Numbered from the whole stretch's first letter, positions 1 to 12,339 are shown. The stretch is 63,731 nucleotides of DNA, filler included, from Octopus bimaculoides (GCF_001194135.2; 4 parts of 4 records of this genome joined end to end with filler, not necessarily neighbours in it), one strand, 5' to 3'. Notes: a model not told the origin generated them from the sequence alone. A program made the numbers and translations.

Positions 1-24
1 ATGTATATGTATATATATATATAT

Positions 25-72
<48 letters not shown>

Positions 73-955
73 GGGGCGTATGTATCCATGCATCTATGTA
101 TATATAGGAAAGAAACAGGTGGACAGACAAACAGCAAAAAGGGGGAAAGAAGCGCAACAGTGAGAGAGAGACGGAGAGAGAGAGAGAGAAAGAGAGAGAG
201 ATATAGAGAGATAGAGAAAGAGACAGACAGACAGACAGACAAAGACAGAGACAAAGATGCGTACTTGAGCGAGTAGTTCGTGTGCACGTGTGTTTGTGTA
301 TAAATGCTAAAATATGCTGCAGGGAAATATTGCTCCTTAAATCGGCATCAAGTAGCTTGGATGCCATTCAATTTGTCACACGTATTCATGGTTGCAACCT
401 AGGTTAATGTGTGGAGCGTTGTCAACCATTTCGAGTGATGAACAGCAATAACTACAAGAGAACCAATTGCAAAAACGACATCGACCACAGTGTGGAAGTA
501 AAACAACGAATTGTATAAAGTGAAATGATTTCAAAAGAAGTGCGAAACCAGATTTAGAACTCAGCTGCCAAGGAGCAGACGTCAAGTCAATAGATACACT
601 GCAATACCGCTTTAATTTATTTTTAATAGTTCAAATATCACATACAATTTCGGATCTATCCGTCTTCCAGAAATCCATAATTTCCATAAAATTCGGGAAT
701 ACTGTGCAACCGCTTGCAATATACTATAACCTGTATGAACTAAACAGACCTTGTTGATTAATTTGCATGCGGTCTGTTAAAGAGTGTTTTTTCTTTCCAT
801 TTTGTAAGTAGATTGATAAATATTAAACTAACTCTACTTTGCAATTGTGTTAACTTGTACCTGTCAAATGAAATCATGTTCTTTAACTGTCTTCGTTTAA
901 TTTTCACACTGTGATCATTATACTGTATACATGAAACAATATATGGATATCAGAA

Positions 956-1364
956 GGCGGCGAGCTGGCAGAAACGTTAGCAAGCCGGGCGAAATGCTTA
1001 TCGCTATTTCGTTACATTCTGAGTTCAAATTCCGCCGAGGTCGACTTTTCCTTTTATCATTTCGGGGTCGATAAAATTGAGTACCAGAACTGGGGTCGAT
1101 GTAATCGATTTAATCCCTTTGTCTGTCCCCTCTTTGTTTAGCCCCTTGTGGGCAATAAAGAAATAAGAAACGTTAGCACGCCGGGCGAAATGCTTATAGG
1201 TATTTCGTGTCTTTACGTTCTGAGTTCAAATTCCGCCGAGTTCGACTTTTCCGTTCATTCTTTCGGGATCGATAGATTAAGTACTAATTGCGTACTGCGG
1301 TCGATCTCATCGATTGGCCACTTCCCCTGAAATGTTGAGCCTTGTGCCTAGAGCAGAAAAGAAT
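956..1364 (+). mobile_element. Dimeric tRNA-derived SINE (here family A)
   Basis: Head GGCGGCGAGCTGGCAGAAACGTTAGC (A-box-like) and GAGTTCAAATTCC (B-box-like) occur twice. The two units are joined by a linker ending AATAAAGAAATA. The same unit recurs at many positions in the window. Confidence 0.85.
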
Positions 1365-1983
1365 ACATGTATATTAGGTTGATTAAAAAGGAAGGAACGT
1401 TTTGAACCATGAAGAATTTGTACGGGAATTTTGCAGAGTTTTGAATTTTTTTTAACATTGTTTTGNNNNNNNNNNNNNNNNNNNNNNNNNNNNNNNNNNN
1501 NNNNNNNNNNNNNNNNNNNNNNNNNNNNNNNNNNNNNNNNNNNNNNNNNNNNNNNNNNNNNNNNNNNNNNNNNNNNNNNNNNNNNNNNNNNNNNNNNNNN
1601 NNNNNNNNNNNNNNNNNNNNNNNNNNNNNNNNNNNNNNNNNNNNNNNNNNNNNNNNNNNNNNNNNNNNNNNNNNNNNNNNNNNNNNNNNNNNNNNNNNNN
1701 NNNNNNNNNNNNNNNNNNNNNNNNNNNNNNNNNNNNNNNNNNNNNTATATATATATATATATATATATATTCGACGGACCTCTCTCAATTTTCCTTCCAC
1801 AAATACACTCGCATCGTTTTAGTAATCCCAGGGGTATAGTAGCCTATAATTAAACATTACTCGAGGTACCACGCGGTGCTATTGACCACATGGTTGAGAA
1901 GCGAATTTCTTAAGACACGCAGTTTATGTAAAAAGAAGTTATATAAATTGAGAATCAAAACTAAGTCAATGTTCATTGCAGAT

Positions 1984-2244
1984 TAGTGGTTCTTAACTAG
2001 GGCCTACATGACCCTTGAGGGTCCACATAAGATTTTGTTGTTAAAATTTATGTGCAATAAATCGGTTATACTTCTACATTACACGAAATCTTTTAAAAAT
2101 ATTTTCAATACAAATCTTACGAATATTTAATTATAACAATTATTGAGATTTTTTAAACGTCCAATTGGCTAATGAAGTCCACGTGAGTAAAATAAGAATC
2201 AAAGAGATTCATAGTTAAAATAAAAATAGTTAATAAACAACATT
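1984..2244 (+). mobile_element. Degenerate hAT/Charlie-like MITE
   Basis: Starts TAGTGGTTCTTAACTAGGG, like CAGTGGTTCTCAAC-type hAT termini. A related start CAGTGCTTCTCAACCTGGGTCCATAT is at ~53478. The 3' terminus is decayed. Confidence 0.4.
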
Positions 2245-2510
2245 GTAGATGGTCATTCTTCAAAATATTTTCTTCACAAAAAACATTTACAAGGGTTGTT
2301 TATTATTCGTTACAATAGTTTTCAAAAATACATCAATTAAATTTTAGTGAATGTATAAGCCATAGAGATACAAAAGCCACACACAACAACACACATAATT
2401 ACGTATACAAACAAAAACTTCTTTACATTGATCTGTGTTGATTGTTTTTAAAGTTTTACGTAACAGATATTATTAAGATTAAAGCTTTTTAGTGTGTGGA
2501 AGTATGTGGA

Positions 2511-2568
<58 letters not shown>

Positions 2569-2627
2569 NNNNNNNNNNTAAGTACAGCGCTATTGGACGC
2601 TCAGGAAAGGAAAGAAAAGAAAGAGGG

Positions 2628-2660
2628 TTTCACGTTTCGAGCGGAGCTCTTCATCAGAAA
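2628..2660 (-). ncRNA. Minimal hammerhead-ribozyme-like motif (Penelope pLTR type), probably inactivated
   Basis: Minus strand reads TTT-CTGATGA-A-GAGC-TCC-GCTC-GAAA-CGT-G-AAA: intact core boxes, 4-bp stem II, 3-bp stem I, but G at the expected cleavage position. Confidence 0.6.
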
Positions 2661-3792
2661 TATAGGAAAAGGCCAAAGAAGGGAAAATGGAGAAAGAAAA
2701 TAGCCAACGATACGCACATGCATACATATATGTTTATTTAGATATATTACATATGTGCTTGTGGTTATGCATGTACGTGTGTATGTATGTATATATGTAC
2801 GTACAAATCTGGCGGGGGGGGGCTATATACGTGCATGCATAGGTGTCTCTATGTGTGCGTGTGCTGTAGTCCTTTTTTCTAGTTTGCAAACACAAAATAA
2901 AAGAATCGACAAGTTTTTACCTTCAGTTCATATTAGGAAATTAAAAAGTTGTACAAACCTACAATAAAAGAAAAGAAACAAACTAGAATTAGTTCTTGAT
3001 TATATAATACAATCAATTAATACTTGAATACGTGTAAGTGTGCGTGTGTGCGCGCGTGGTAAATGTGTGAAATCCTTGGTACAGCTAGGTATATTTTAAA
3101 AAGAATAAAAATAATTTTACTGGTAGTTCTAATCAATTTAATCTTTAAATAACATAAATTTACTGTTTGCTTTGTAGATCTAGTGAGTTCTTTGTTCACT
3201 TCGGTGGAAATATTTTTTAACGATTCCTTTTTAACTTTTCTTCGAGGATTGGCATTCTTGACTCAGCGGGCTTTGAGGCTTACCTCGAGGGTATGCCGCG
3301 CCTATCGGACAAGGATATCGACACCTAAGTTAATAAGATATTGTTCTCTTCGCCTTTCAGCATTAAGTTAATGTATTTATTTTTGTATCATTATCTATGT
3401 ATACAACGTCTCTATAAACACAGCTTGGGCTAAAAGATTTGTCAATACCATTCAATGTTTCAGACAAAACACAGAAAACTATATAACAGCTTCAGCAACA
3501 ATTTATTTCCTAACAAAATCAACAGATTCCAATTATTTTATTTGTTACAGTAATAAAACGATTTAATCAATAATTGCTACTTGTAGACGTATCAAACCAC
3601 AATGTTAATGAAAGCACCATGATGAGATATACAATAATTAGTAGCGCCAGTTCAAGCAATAATCAAAGTTTTGTTTTAACTTTCTTTGCAGAAATTAATG
3701 ACATGTGAAATTGCAACCTGCGATTTAGAAATTGAGAAATTATTGATATGAGAACATATTTAGTAATTAGAAGAACAGCAAGAACAGAAATA

Positions 3793-4616
3793 CAGGACGT
3801 TCAGGCTAAATTTGAAGATTCTCATGCTTCCTATTTTGAGGCACAGCTTGATGTATTGGTGGACAGTCAACAGCGCTGGTGAGCATAAAGATTAAGATTG
3901 GAGTTGTGTAAAGGTTAACTAACCTGAAAGACTAGAAGCTCTCTGAATATTTGAAAAGAGTTACCTGTATCATGATGAATCGCGCTGGATGTCAAAATGT
4001 CTACATTATGACAGCTGTTCAACACTCTGTGAATACCTGCACACTTGCCTAGTTCCCCCAAACTATGATGATTTCTGGGTGTCTCCAGTGAGGGTGACGC
4101 ATGTCACCTCAGATCTTTGAATAGAGCCTTAGGCTCAATTTAGAAGGCTATGTGAAGCTGTTAGAGACTGTAGACAAACCCAGGTAGGGGAGGCTTGCCG
4201 CTGGAAAGCCATGTGTGTGGCAGCAGGATTCGACTCCTTGCTATACCTTCGGAAAGATTCAGAAGTGGTTGTCGGAGAATTTCTACGACTTCACTAGCCC
4301 CAATTTCTGGCCTTCTAATCTCATCGATTGTAATCATATAGATTAATGTGTGTGGTGCACGGTTAAGAAAGATAGCAACAGCTCTGCCTGCAATACCAAG
4401 GCCGAGCTGGTGGTCAAAATCATGTGGGAAACTAATACACCTGGTTCCGGGGCCGTCTTAAGGCCGTGCGCAAGCTGAGAGTGACTACTTTGAGTAAACC
4501 TTTATCACCCAACCATAATCTAGTTGTTATTTTGGGACATTTTAAAATACTTTTATTTTTGGATGGAATATTTTATACTTTCATTTTATGCAAACTAATT
4601 TAGCCCGAACACTATG
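3793..4616 (+). mobile_element. Internally deleted Tc1/mariner DD37D (maT) transposon relic
   Basis: TA flanks (3791-92, 4617-18) and imperfect TIRs sharing GTTC(A/G)GGCTAAATT. The broken transposase reads LRLNLEGYVKLLETV..KPCVWQQDSTPC..WLSENFYDFTSPNFWPSN..D, with exactly 37 residues between the Asp at 4227 and the Asp at 4341. It ends ..ESDYFE* at 4497 and carries several stops and frameshifts. Confidence 0.85.
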
Positions 4617-4796
4617 TAAGCACAATTACAGCAGCAAGTTGGATTATTATTGGATATTTAGTTATTACTGTGTATGCATGATACCAATGTGAATGTATAA
4701 GCATATATGTAAACAACAACAACAAACTACCATATACGGTATAGAATACTTGGATTTCTGGTACATTATTTAATTATGTTTATATCTCGCTAAGAA

Positions 4797-4988
4797 TAGG
4801 TGCAAGCTAGCAGAATAGTTACAGTGTCAGACAAAATGTTAAGGGACATTTTTCTTATGACTCTTTACGTTCAGAAACCTAAATTCGACTTCGCCTTTCA
4901 TCATTTTGGCATCAATAAAATATACACTGGGTCGATGTAATTGACTTGTCCTCACCCTTCAAAACTCCTAGCCTTGTACCAAAACTAG
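4797..4988 (+). mobile_element. Degenerate SINE family A
   Basis: Decayed head GGTGCAAGCTAGCAGAATAGTTA, body TTCGACTTCGCCTTTCATC, and GGGTCGATGTAAT as in other copies. Confidence 0.6.
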
Positions 4989-6665
4989 AGTATTTCACTA
5001 AGGAAAATAGAGGATTGAAATTTAATATGTAGAAGTAATATTTTACTGACGGTCACATGAAACGTCCTCTCACCTCAGAAATAAGACAAGAAACGAAAGT
5101 ATAAAAAAAAAATAAATGTAAATATATCCATGCATTACAAACATGGTTTGTGACATAATGCACAACATAGTCGTTATGGTACGATAATCGCATGGTAAAT
5201 CACGCCCATCGTGTCTAATTATTTTTATGTTGATACAAAAATATTTTTATTTGACTCAGTGAATACGGAAGAGATAGGAACAGGAGTGAAGGAGACCAGT
5301 GTTATACAATAATCTAAATGGTCTAATGCACGTATTAGAGAACACAAGACTCTAATTAATTAGATTATATATATATAAAAAAAATAATCAAATAACTTAT
5401 GATCAGACAAATACATGGTAACTATTAAAGAATAGATGGGTTTTGGCATGAACAGCAAACAGAAAGTAAAATTATCGATTGATGTTGAATGGAGGCTTGT
5501 TTTAACAGAACATAAAACGGAAGCTGTTATCGTTGTTGACTTAAAGCTATTAATACTTAACTACGTACCAGAGTCATGTACCATACAGCATCTAACATAG
5601 TGCTAAGAGTATGGAGTGAATAAGCTTGAGAAGGATAGCCTAGCAAATTCCTCGATATACGGAATAAAGACGGAATATTCGGGCACTCCTCGAAAGATCC
5701 ATACCCAAGAATCCATTAATTGCTGGGGGGGGGGGTTTATTTTATAAGATATTTACATACGCACGCATACACACACACATACACCAACATATATANNNNN
5801 NNNNNNNNNNNNNNNNNNNNNNNNNNNNNNNNNNNNNNNNNNNNNNNNNNNNNNNNNNNNNNNNNNNNNNNNNNNNNNNNNNNNNNNTATATATATATAT
5901 ATATATATATATATTTACATACGCACACATATATATTATCTGTATCTCTTCAATCACCCGTCTCACTCATAAAAATCAGTCGCTAAAAGAATATAATGTA
6001 TTGCTTATATATTTGAATCCTGTTACTAGAAAGTTAACAATTACATTTTCAGGTTTGAATATATTTGCAGTTAGATTGACCTGTATTTTGAAAGCATTCT
6101 TTTCTTTCACAAACACTTATGCACATGTACATGTTCACACGCGCGCACACATACACATATAGACCAATATATAAATGTATATGTGGTAAATGCATATATG
6201 TGTATGTGTATGTATGTAGAAACGTACGCATATATGCGCTTATGCATGTGTACGTATTATGTCAGTTGAGAGACCTTTAGATACAAGGTAATTTGAAAAA
6301 GATTCTAGGAAAGATATAATTCAATTTTTTACCAGGACCTTCAATATAGTGGAAAATTTAAGCTATGTTGCTAATGCATAAAACGTGAGAGCTGCGTAAA
6401 TTTAATGTCTTACATTTTATTTTGCACGTTCAATTTCAAGACGTAATAGTATTTAAATCTAAATGTCTCCATTAAAGTCTCACCGTGGAACTGTTATAAC
6501 TGAAGTTATATTTTACTAACTAGTATTTCCTCTTAATCCACTACAATGACTTGCACAATTTGAAATAACAAAGAATAAAGAAAAAACACAGTTTGTGTAA
6601 AACAAATAAAAAATCAGCGATGTATAGAAATTCCAGAAAAAGTCACTTCAGGTAAATTAAACGAA

Positions 6666-6696
<31 letters not shown>

Positions 6697-7629
6697 ACGT
6701 TGCGAGATAGTATGTGGGAAATTAGGCAACAGCAAAATGGTCGATAAATATATATATCGTTCGCTTATCCTTTTCTTTAATGACAAGTTTGGAAAAAGTT
6801 TGATTCTTGAGGCACTCTCAAGAATTTCCTCTTTCTCTAAAAGAGATGCTCTTCATTGATATTCGCTAATTATGACACATATTCTCTAGGTGGTGATAAT
6901 GCTAATAAATCAAGAATTTATATTGTATGGTATATGGTACATCTGTATTTGTCTATGTTGTTCAAATACAAGCCCCTAGCCAGTATGAGATATTTCTACT
7001 AGCTGATTTTTGCTAACTGTGAAGTCGACCGAGGTAGGTGGAATTATTTTTTTTTTGTTTTTTTTTTTTTAGCTGGGAGGGATTTATTGTTATTTTATTT
7101 TTTCACAGTAAGTTTCTCCCAGCTCTGGGGCAATTTCTCCTGCTATCGGCAACTTTAATTATCCGTAGTAAATGTTATTCGTTGAATGTTTTACTGGAGG
7201 TAGCATGGTGAAGCGCTTAAGAAGTATAGACTCAGGTGCTAGATAAGGTGTGACTCAGGTCTCTGCAAAATTGGTCAAATCGCTGGTATCATACAAATTG
7301 CAAAAGGTAGATGCTGTGTGAAAATATATTTCTGTTATATACATCAGCGATGATTAAATGATAATACTGTATATGTGATCTACGTACATGTATGTATATA
7401 TGTATATGCGACTGGAGGTTTATCCGATATGTACTTAGCAAGACAATGAGTCTGAAATTATATACACTTGTTGTAGCACTTTATATGGAATTTCAAGGTT
7501 TGTTTGCTCTATATGCATGCTTCCATACTTGTATACATATATACGCACATACATTCATACTTACATATATACATATATACATGCATACATACATACATAC
7601 ATGCATACGTGCGTTCGTGCTAATGTGCA

Positions 7630-7666
<37 letters not shown>

Positions 7667-8799
7667 ATGTGTGTGTGTGTGTATGTGTGTGTGTGTGTGT
7701 GTGTGGGTATGTGTGTATGTGTGCATGTATAAGAGTGAGAAAGAGAGGTACGAAGATATTAATGCATATTTTAGCGAGAGGGATTGTGCGAAAAGGAGAG
7801 AAAACATTACTGAGTATGTATTTTACAGTTCGCGCTTATACATTTTAAGCTAACACTGACACTAATCTTCACTAACGCTTATTCCACGCTTCAAATTTCC
7901 GATGTACGAACTCCAGAAAATGTGTCCTGAAGAGTTCATCTAATAATCTACTTAATTTGATTATTAATTTTGCTAACGTTTTTCTGTTGATGTTTTCCAA
8001 AACCGTCTTTCTCTTTATTTATGCCACATCTTTTAAAGCCTAAAGCTGAACTCTAACCCTTTAATCTTGTTTGAAAACATTGTCTCGTTTTTCTCTTGAA
8101 ATTATCTAACATAGAAGCCGAGGAATTGGTGCTTCAAATAGCGTTGTTAATACAGACTCTGTTAATATGTGTGATTATGAATACATATATGTGAGTGTGT
8201 GAGTGTTTGTGCGATTGTGTGTAAGCATGTGTGTGTCTATTTTCCTATAAACTGAACAAAAATAGATGTTCGTTCCGCTGGCCTGAATATTCGACCTTAG
8301 GAAACTCTGAATCTGATTCCAGTTTCTAATACACAAACTTACACTCAAAGACATACACTTCCGTATGCAGGCGAAAACAGTAAGTAATTGTGCACATAAA
8401 TCTAAACTCATTAGAATTTTTATACATATCAACACATGCATACACATATATGGACACTAATAAAAATATCTACGTTCAAACAGAGGCAGAAAATGCTTAT
8501 TTGTACATGTGTAAACACATGTATATGCATATACAAAACTTGTATTAATTGATAAAACTTCATAACAAGGGTAAAAACAGAGTTCTTTATGCAATATAAA
8601 ACAAATAGGTACATTTGTAGTTAATCATAACTATCATGTTCATCTAATATAATAAATGCGAGAACAGTGTGTCAGTGTGTCATACTTAGACCCCCACTCT
8701 AACTATTCAATGACACTCCTACTATTCCTCATGATGGGGTGAGAGTAATAGTATGCATAGAGACGGTGAGGGCGGTGGCGAAGACAGAGAGACAGAGGC

Positions 8800-8832
<33 letters not shown>

Positions 8833-9403
8833 AAAAGAGAGGGGGATCTTTCTGATTTGGTGGACGCCATTTTTATTTAGTCTTTATTTAATGTGTTTTC
8901 TATCGAAACACTTTAAAACTTCGTATACTTGTATATTTTGTCTTATCGAACATAATGTCTATCCTTATACATCTATGTAAAAAGCGGGAATTTTATTCTG
9001 TTTGTTATGTCGGATACATAAGGTGTTCGGTTTGGTAAGTTGAGGATTTTGTTTATTTTTATATATTTGTACCATACAATACTGATGATCGGAAGTTAGA
9101 TATTATTCTAATAATCGTGAAATCGTTCGATATATAGTTGAGTTCGTTTTTAAAGGTTTTTTTTTTTTACGAGTTGCTTTTCCTCGCATTTGTTAAAAAT
9201 GTGTTTATTATGGAAGTCCAGTGTGTGGCATTATTCTGTAGTTATGCCCTTATATAAATATCAATAAATAAATATATTCTTGCGAATAAAAGCTGATGGG
9301 TTTTTTCCCTTATGATTATTTTCACGCTAGCTTCTTGATCAAATTCTTGTAAAATATTTTATCCGATTATTGAATTAATTAAATATATATATACATATAT
9401 ACA

Positions 9404-10006
9404 CGTAGTGTGATCAATGAATATCCGGACTGTCCCTTCTACGCAAAGTGAAGCCGATTGGCACCGATTGATCTTGAACTCTGCTGTGCTACGCACTAAG
9501 TTTTAATGTTCTAGTTCACTTCCACTGTTTACAGCAGTGCTTGGAAGGAAGGTGAGTAGCGCGTAATCGTCGCCTTGATGATGACAGAGACAGTTGAGAA
9601 GCAAATCTGCATCAAATTTTATCAAAAGCTTGTCTATACCTGCGGAGAGGCTAACGCTAAGTCTTCAAAAACTTTCGTCGTTCGCGACATAATCAAAGAG
9701 ATCTTGTGCAACCGATCTTTTTGTGGCTCATGCACTCTTCACCATACATACACTTTCTGGAACTCTGCGTACGTCTCTGAGCATGTATCGTTATGACAGC
9801 TTTCTCTATCATGGTCAATGCGACGATCACACGCTACACACCTTCCTTCCAAGCGCTGTCGTAAACAACGGAAGTGAGCTACAACGCTAAAACTTAGTGC
9901 GCATGCACAACAGAGTACAAAATCAATCTGTGTCAATCGGCTTTACTCTCTGAGTTTTAGCTTCGTTACTATAGCAATAGTCCGGATACTTATTGATCAG
10001 ACCGCG
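9404..10006. mobile_element. Mariner-derived foldback element made of two inverted 5' ends
   Basis: Termini match (T/C)ACG..GT(C/G)TGATCAAT..(A/G)TATCCGGACT. Arms 9404-9573 and 9820-10006 are reverse complements. Each arm continues into a mariner N-terminus: + MTETVEKQICIKFYQKL; - MIEK..DTCSETYAEFQKVY..GEECMSH. Confidence 0.85.
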
Positions 10007-10830
10007 TAGATAGGTGTGGGTTTGTGTGTGTGTGTGTATGTGTGTGTGGGTGTGTGTGTGGGTGGGTGTGGGGGTGTGTGGGGGTGTATGTATAATAATA
10101 TAGTTTATTCTTGTTCAGATATCTCTGATATGTGTGTGAGTGTGTGTTTATAAATACACACACACATATATCAGCAATATTTGAAGAAGCGTAAACTATA
10201 CACTCAATGTGTCATACACGCACAATTATATAAACGAATACAGATAAAGATATTTAAACAGCCATATATATAATTACACATGCATTTTAATACTGAATTA
10301 GAATCCGCAGGAACATACACACACAGGTTTCTATTACTATCCAATTAAAACGCCGACGGAATCCTCCATCATTAGTTTAATATGAAATTTTATCACACTC
10401 ATAGTTCCATCTAATTAATTTTATTTGCAATTGATTTTATCGTATCCAAACCAAACTTTGGAAAATTGTTACAGTTGCTGTAGTTCTCGTTGTTTTACTT
10501 CATGTGACAGCGGTGGTAGGGATGTTGGTGGACTTTGAGTTTGTTTAAGTAGCACCAGTAGTCAACGTTGATGCTGCTTCTTCATTAATAGTGGATATGA
10601 ATTGATGTTGCCATCATTCATTTTGATATTCTGAACGTGAGAACAACGAAACTGGTGTGTACGTTGTGGTTGTGATTGTTTTTACGACAAACATATTAGC
10701 TATTGTACTGGTTCGGATTCTTCTATTTAATGTTTATTAGATTGTTTTAATCACTTTTTTTTTTTAGCATGAAGCCAAGCCTTACACAGCAGATCTAGGA
10801 TCAACGTCGTTTTAGCAGAAGCCAACACAT

Positions 10831-10878
<48 letters not shown>

Positions 10879-11729
10879 CTTCATAACTGTTTGATACCAG
10901 TTACCAGAGGAATAATTGTCATTTTAGTCTTTCACAATTTCTTCATGTCGCTGGCTATGTCCATTGATTCACATGTGGAATCCACGCTCGAATCATCGCT
11001 GGTGAGTTTTCTCTAATTTTGTTTGTCTTTTGCCGTTTTCGGCCGCTGCAATTGTAATTATTGTTTGGCGAATGTATCCAGGTAGCTTCTGAAAGAGTTT
11101 CACCCCCATTTCAATCTCGGCACGGGCTTACAGCCCTCTCCCAAAACTTTCTCGGACATATTTTTCAATCTATCCTTTTCCACATGGCCAGAACTTTTCT
11201 AAACAGAGGAATGGGTGTAGAAGAAAAGGTATCTGCTTCCTCGTGTTTAGTCGACCCGAGGCAGAGTAGTCAACCAAGCGTAACACGCGTCACTCCTTTT
11301 GACTTTTGCAAAGAACCTAGAGAAAATAACACCACCGCCAACACACACCAACACCACCACTACCGTCACCAGCAACATCAACAACAACATAGCCAACAGC
11401 CAAAACTCAGACCACTTGATCCATACAACTCCAACAAAAACAATAACGACATCAGCAAGAACAACACCAACAACAATAATATTAGTAACGAAACAGCGGC
11501 AACAGGAACGATAATATTATAACTCTTAGCAGTAATATCAGCATCAACAGAAATGCTGATCTACAACAGTATCAATAGTAATGCTTTTTACGAAGACATG
11601 TAACGAGAATCTACATCCGAAGGCAAAAATTTCCTTCGTAAATATATTAAATACATGAACGACTCACTCCTGGCAAGGGAAAGCGGAGTCGGCTAAAAAT
11701 ATCAGAAATATATCATTCAACCCGGCGTT

Positions 11730-11797
11730 ATGGCTCTCCCAGAAGAGGAAAGGACCTCCGCCAAATAGAGAACGATGATTTATAAGTGCATTAATTG

Positions 11798-11830
<33 letters not shown>

Positions 11831-12329
11831 AGAAGTCGCTATACCCTTCCCCAGCCGAAATAGAAAAATGCCTGGTGGATGTGCGGCCTTCCGTAGTGTA
11901 TGTCTGTCTAGGAAAACAATATGGGACCATGGTAGCTATCTATAGCAACGAAGAGGAAGCGCGTAAGATAGCGACAATAACCTACTTCTCTGACCAGTAC
12001 GTGATGCTCCCTTTATACACGGTACGTCGAGTGACCAAAGTCAGGGTCTCATACGTACCCCCTCATAGGGTCCAGACCAGAGTATTGGCCATGCTAGAGG
12101 AACACGGGGAAGTGATAAGCTTACGATCAAGCCCCCAACAAAAGAGAACAGGAGTGTCCATGGAGTTCCAGGTTTTAGCTGCTCCGGAAGAAGTTCAGCT
12201 ACCCCAGACTTTTACTCTTTCGGAGAGTGCAAGCTAATGCGGGTGGTCATGGAGGGTGGTAAACCCAGGTGTTACATCTGTAGCAAAACCGGCCACTTAA
12301 AAGCTTTTTGCCCCACTGGGGAGAAGTGA
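11730..12329 (+). mobile_element. Non-LTR retrotransposon ORF1 (gag-like) relic with CCHC zinc knuckle
   Basis: ORF 11875-12237 (VRRVTKVRVSYVPP..LEEHGEVISL) continues after a frameshift as MRVVMEGGKPR-CYICSKTGHLKAFC (CX2CX4HX4C, 12270-12311) to a stop at 12329. The likely ATG at 11730 is followed by a stop and a (GA)n insertion. Confidence 0.7.
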
Positions 12330-12339
12330 CATGGAGATT

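Noticed and set aside
300-620. Short frame MNSNNYKRTNCKNDIDHSVEVKQRIV* resembling a transposase start
   Set aside because: It has stops, and I found no TIRs or recognisable motif, so I cannot assign it.
956-1050. tRNA gene (A- and B-box-like motifs; likewise at 15087, 33640, 45760, 63300)
   Set aside because: No cloverleaf, and each continues into a shared repeat body, so these are SINE heads.
11061-11522. 153-aa ORF with Q/H/N-rich tail
   Set aside because: The second half is an (AAC/ACC)-type low-complexity tract open in several frames; no family motif or splice support.
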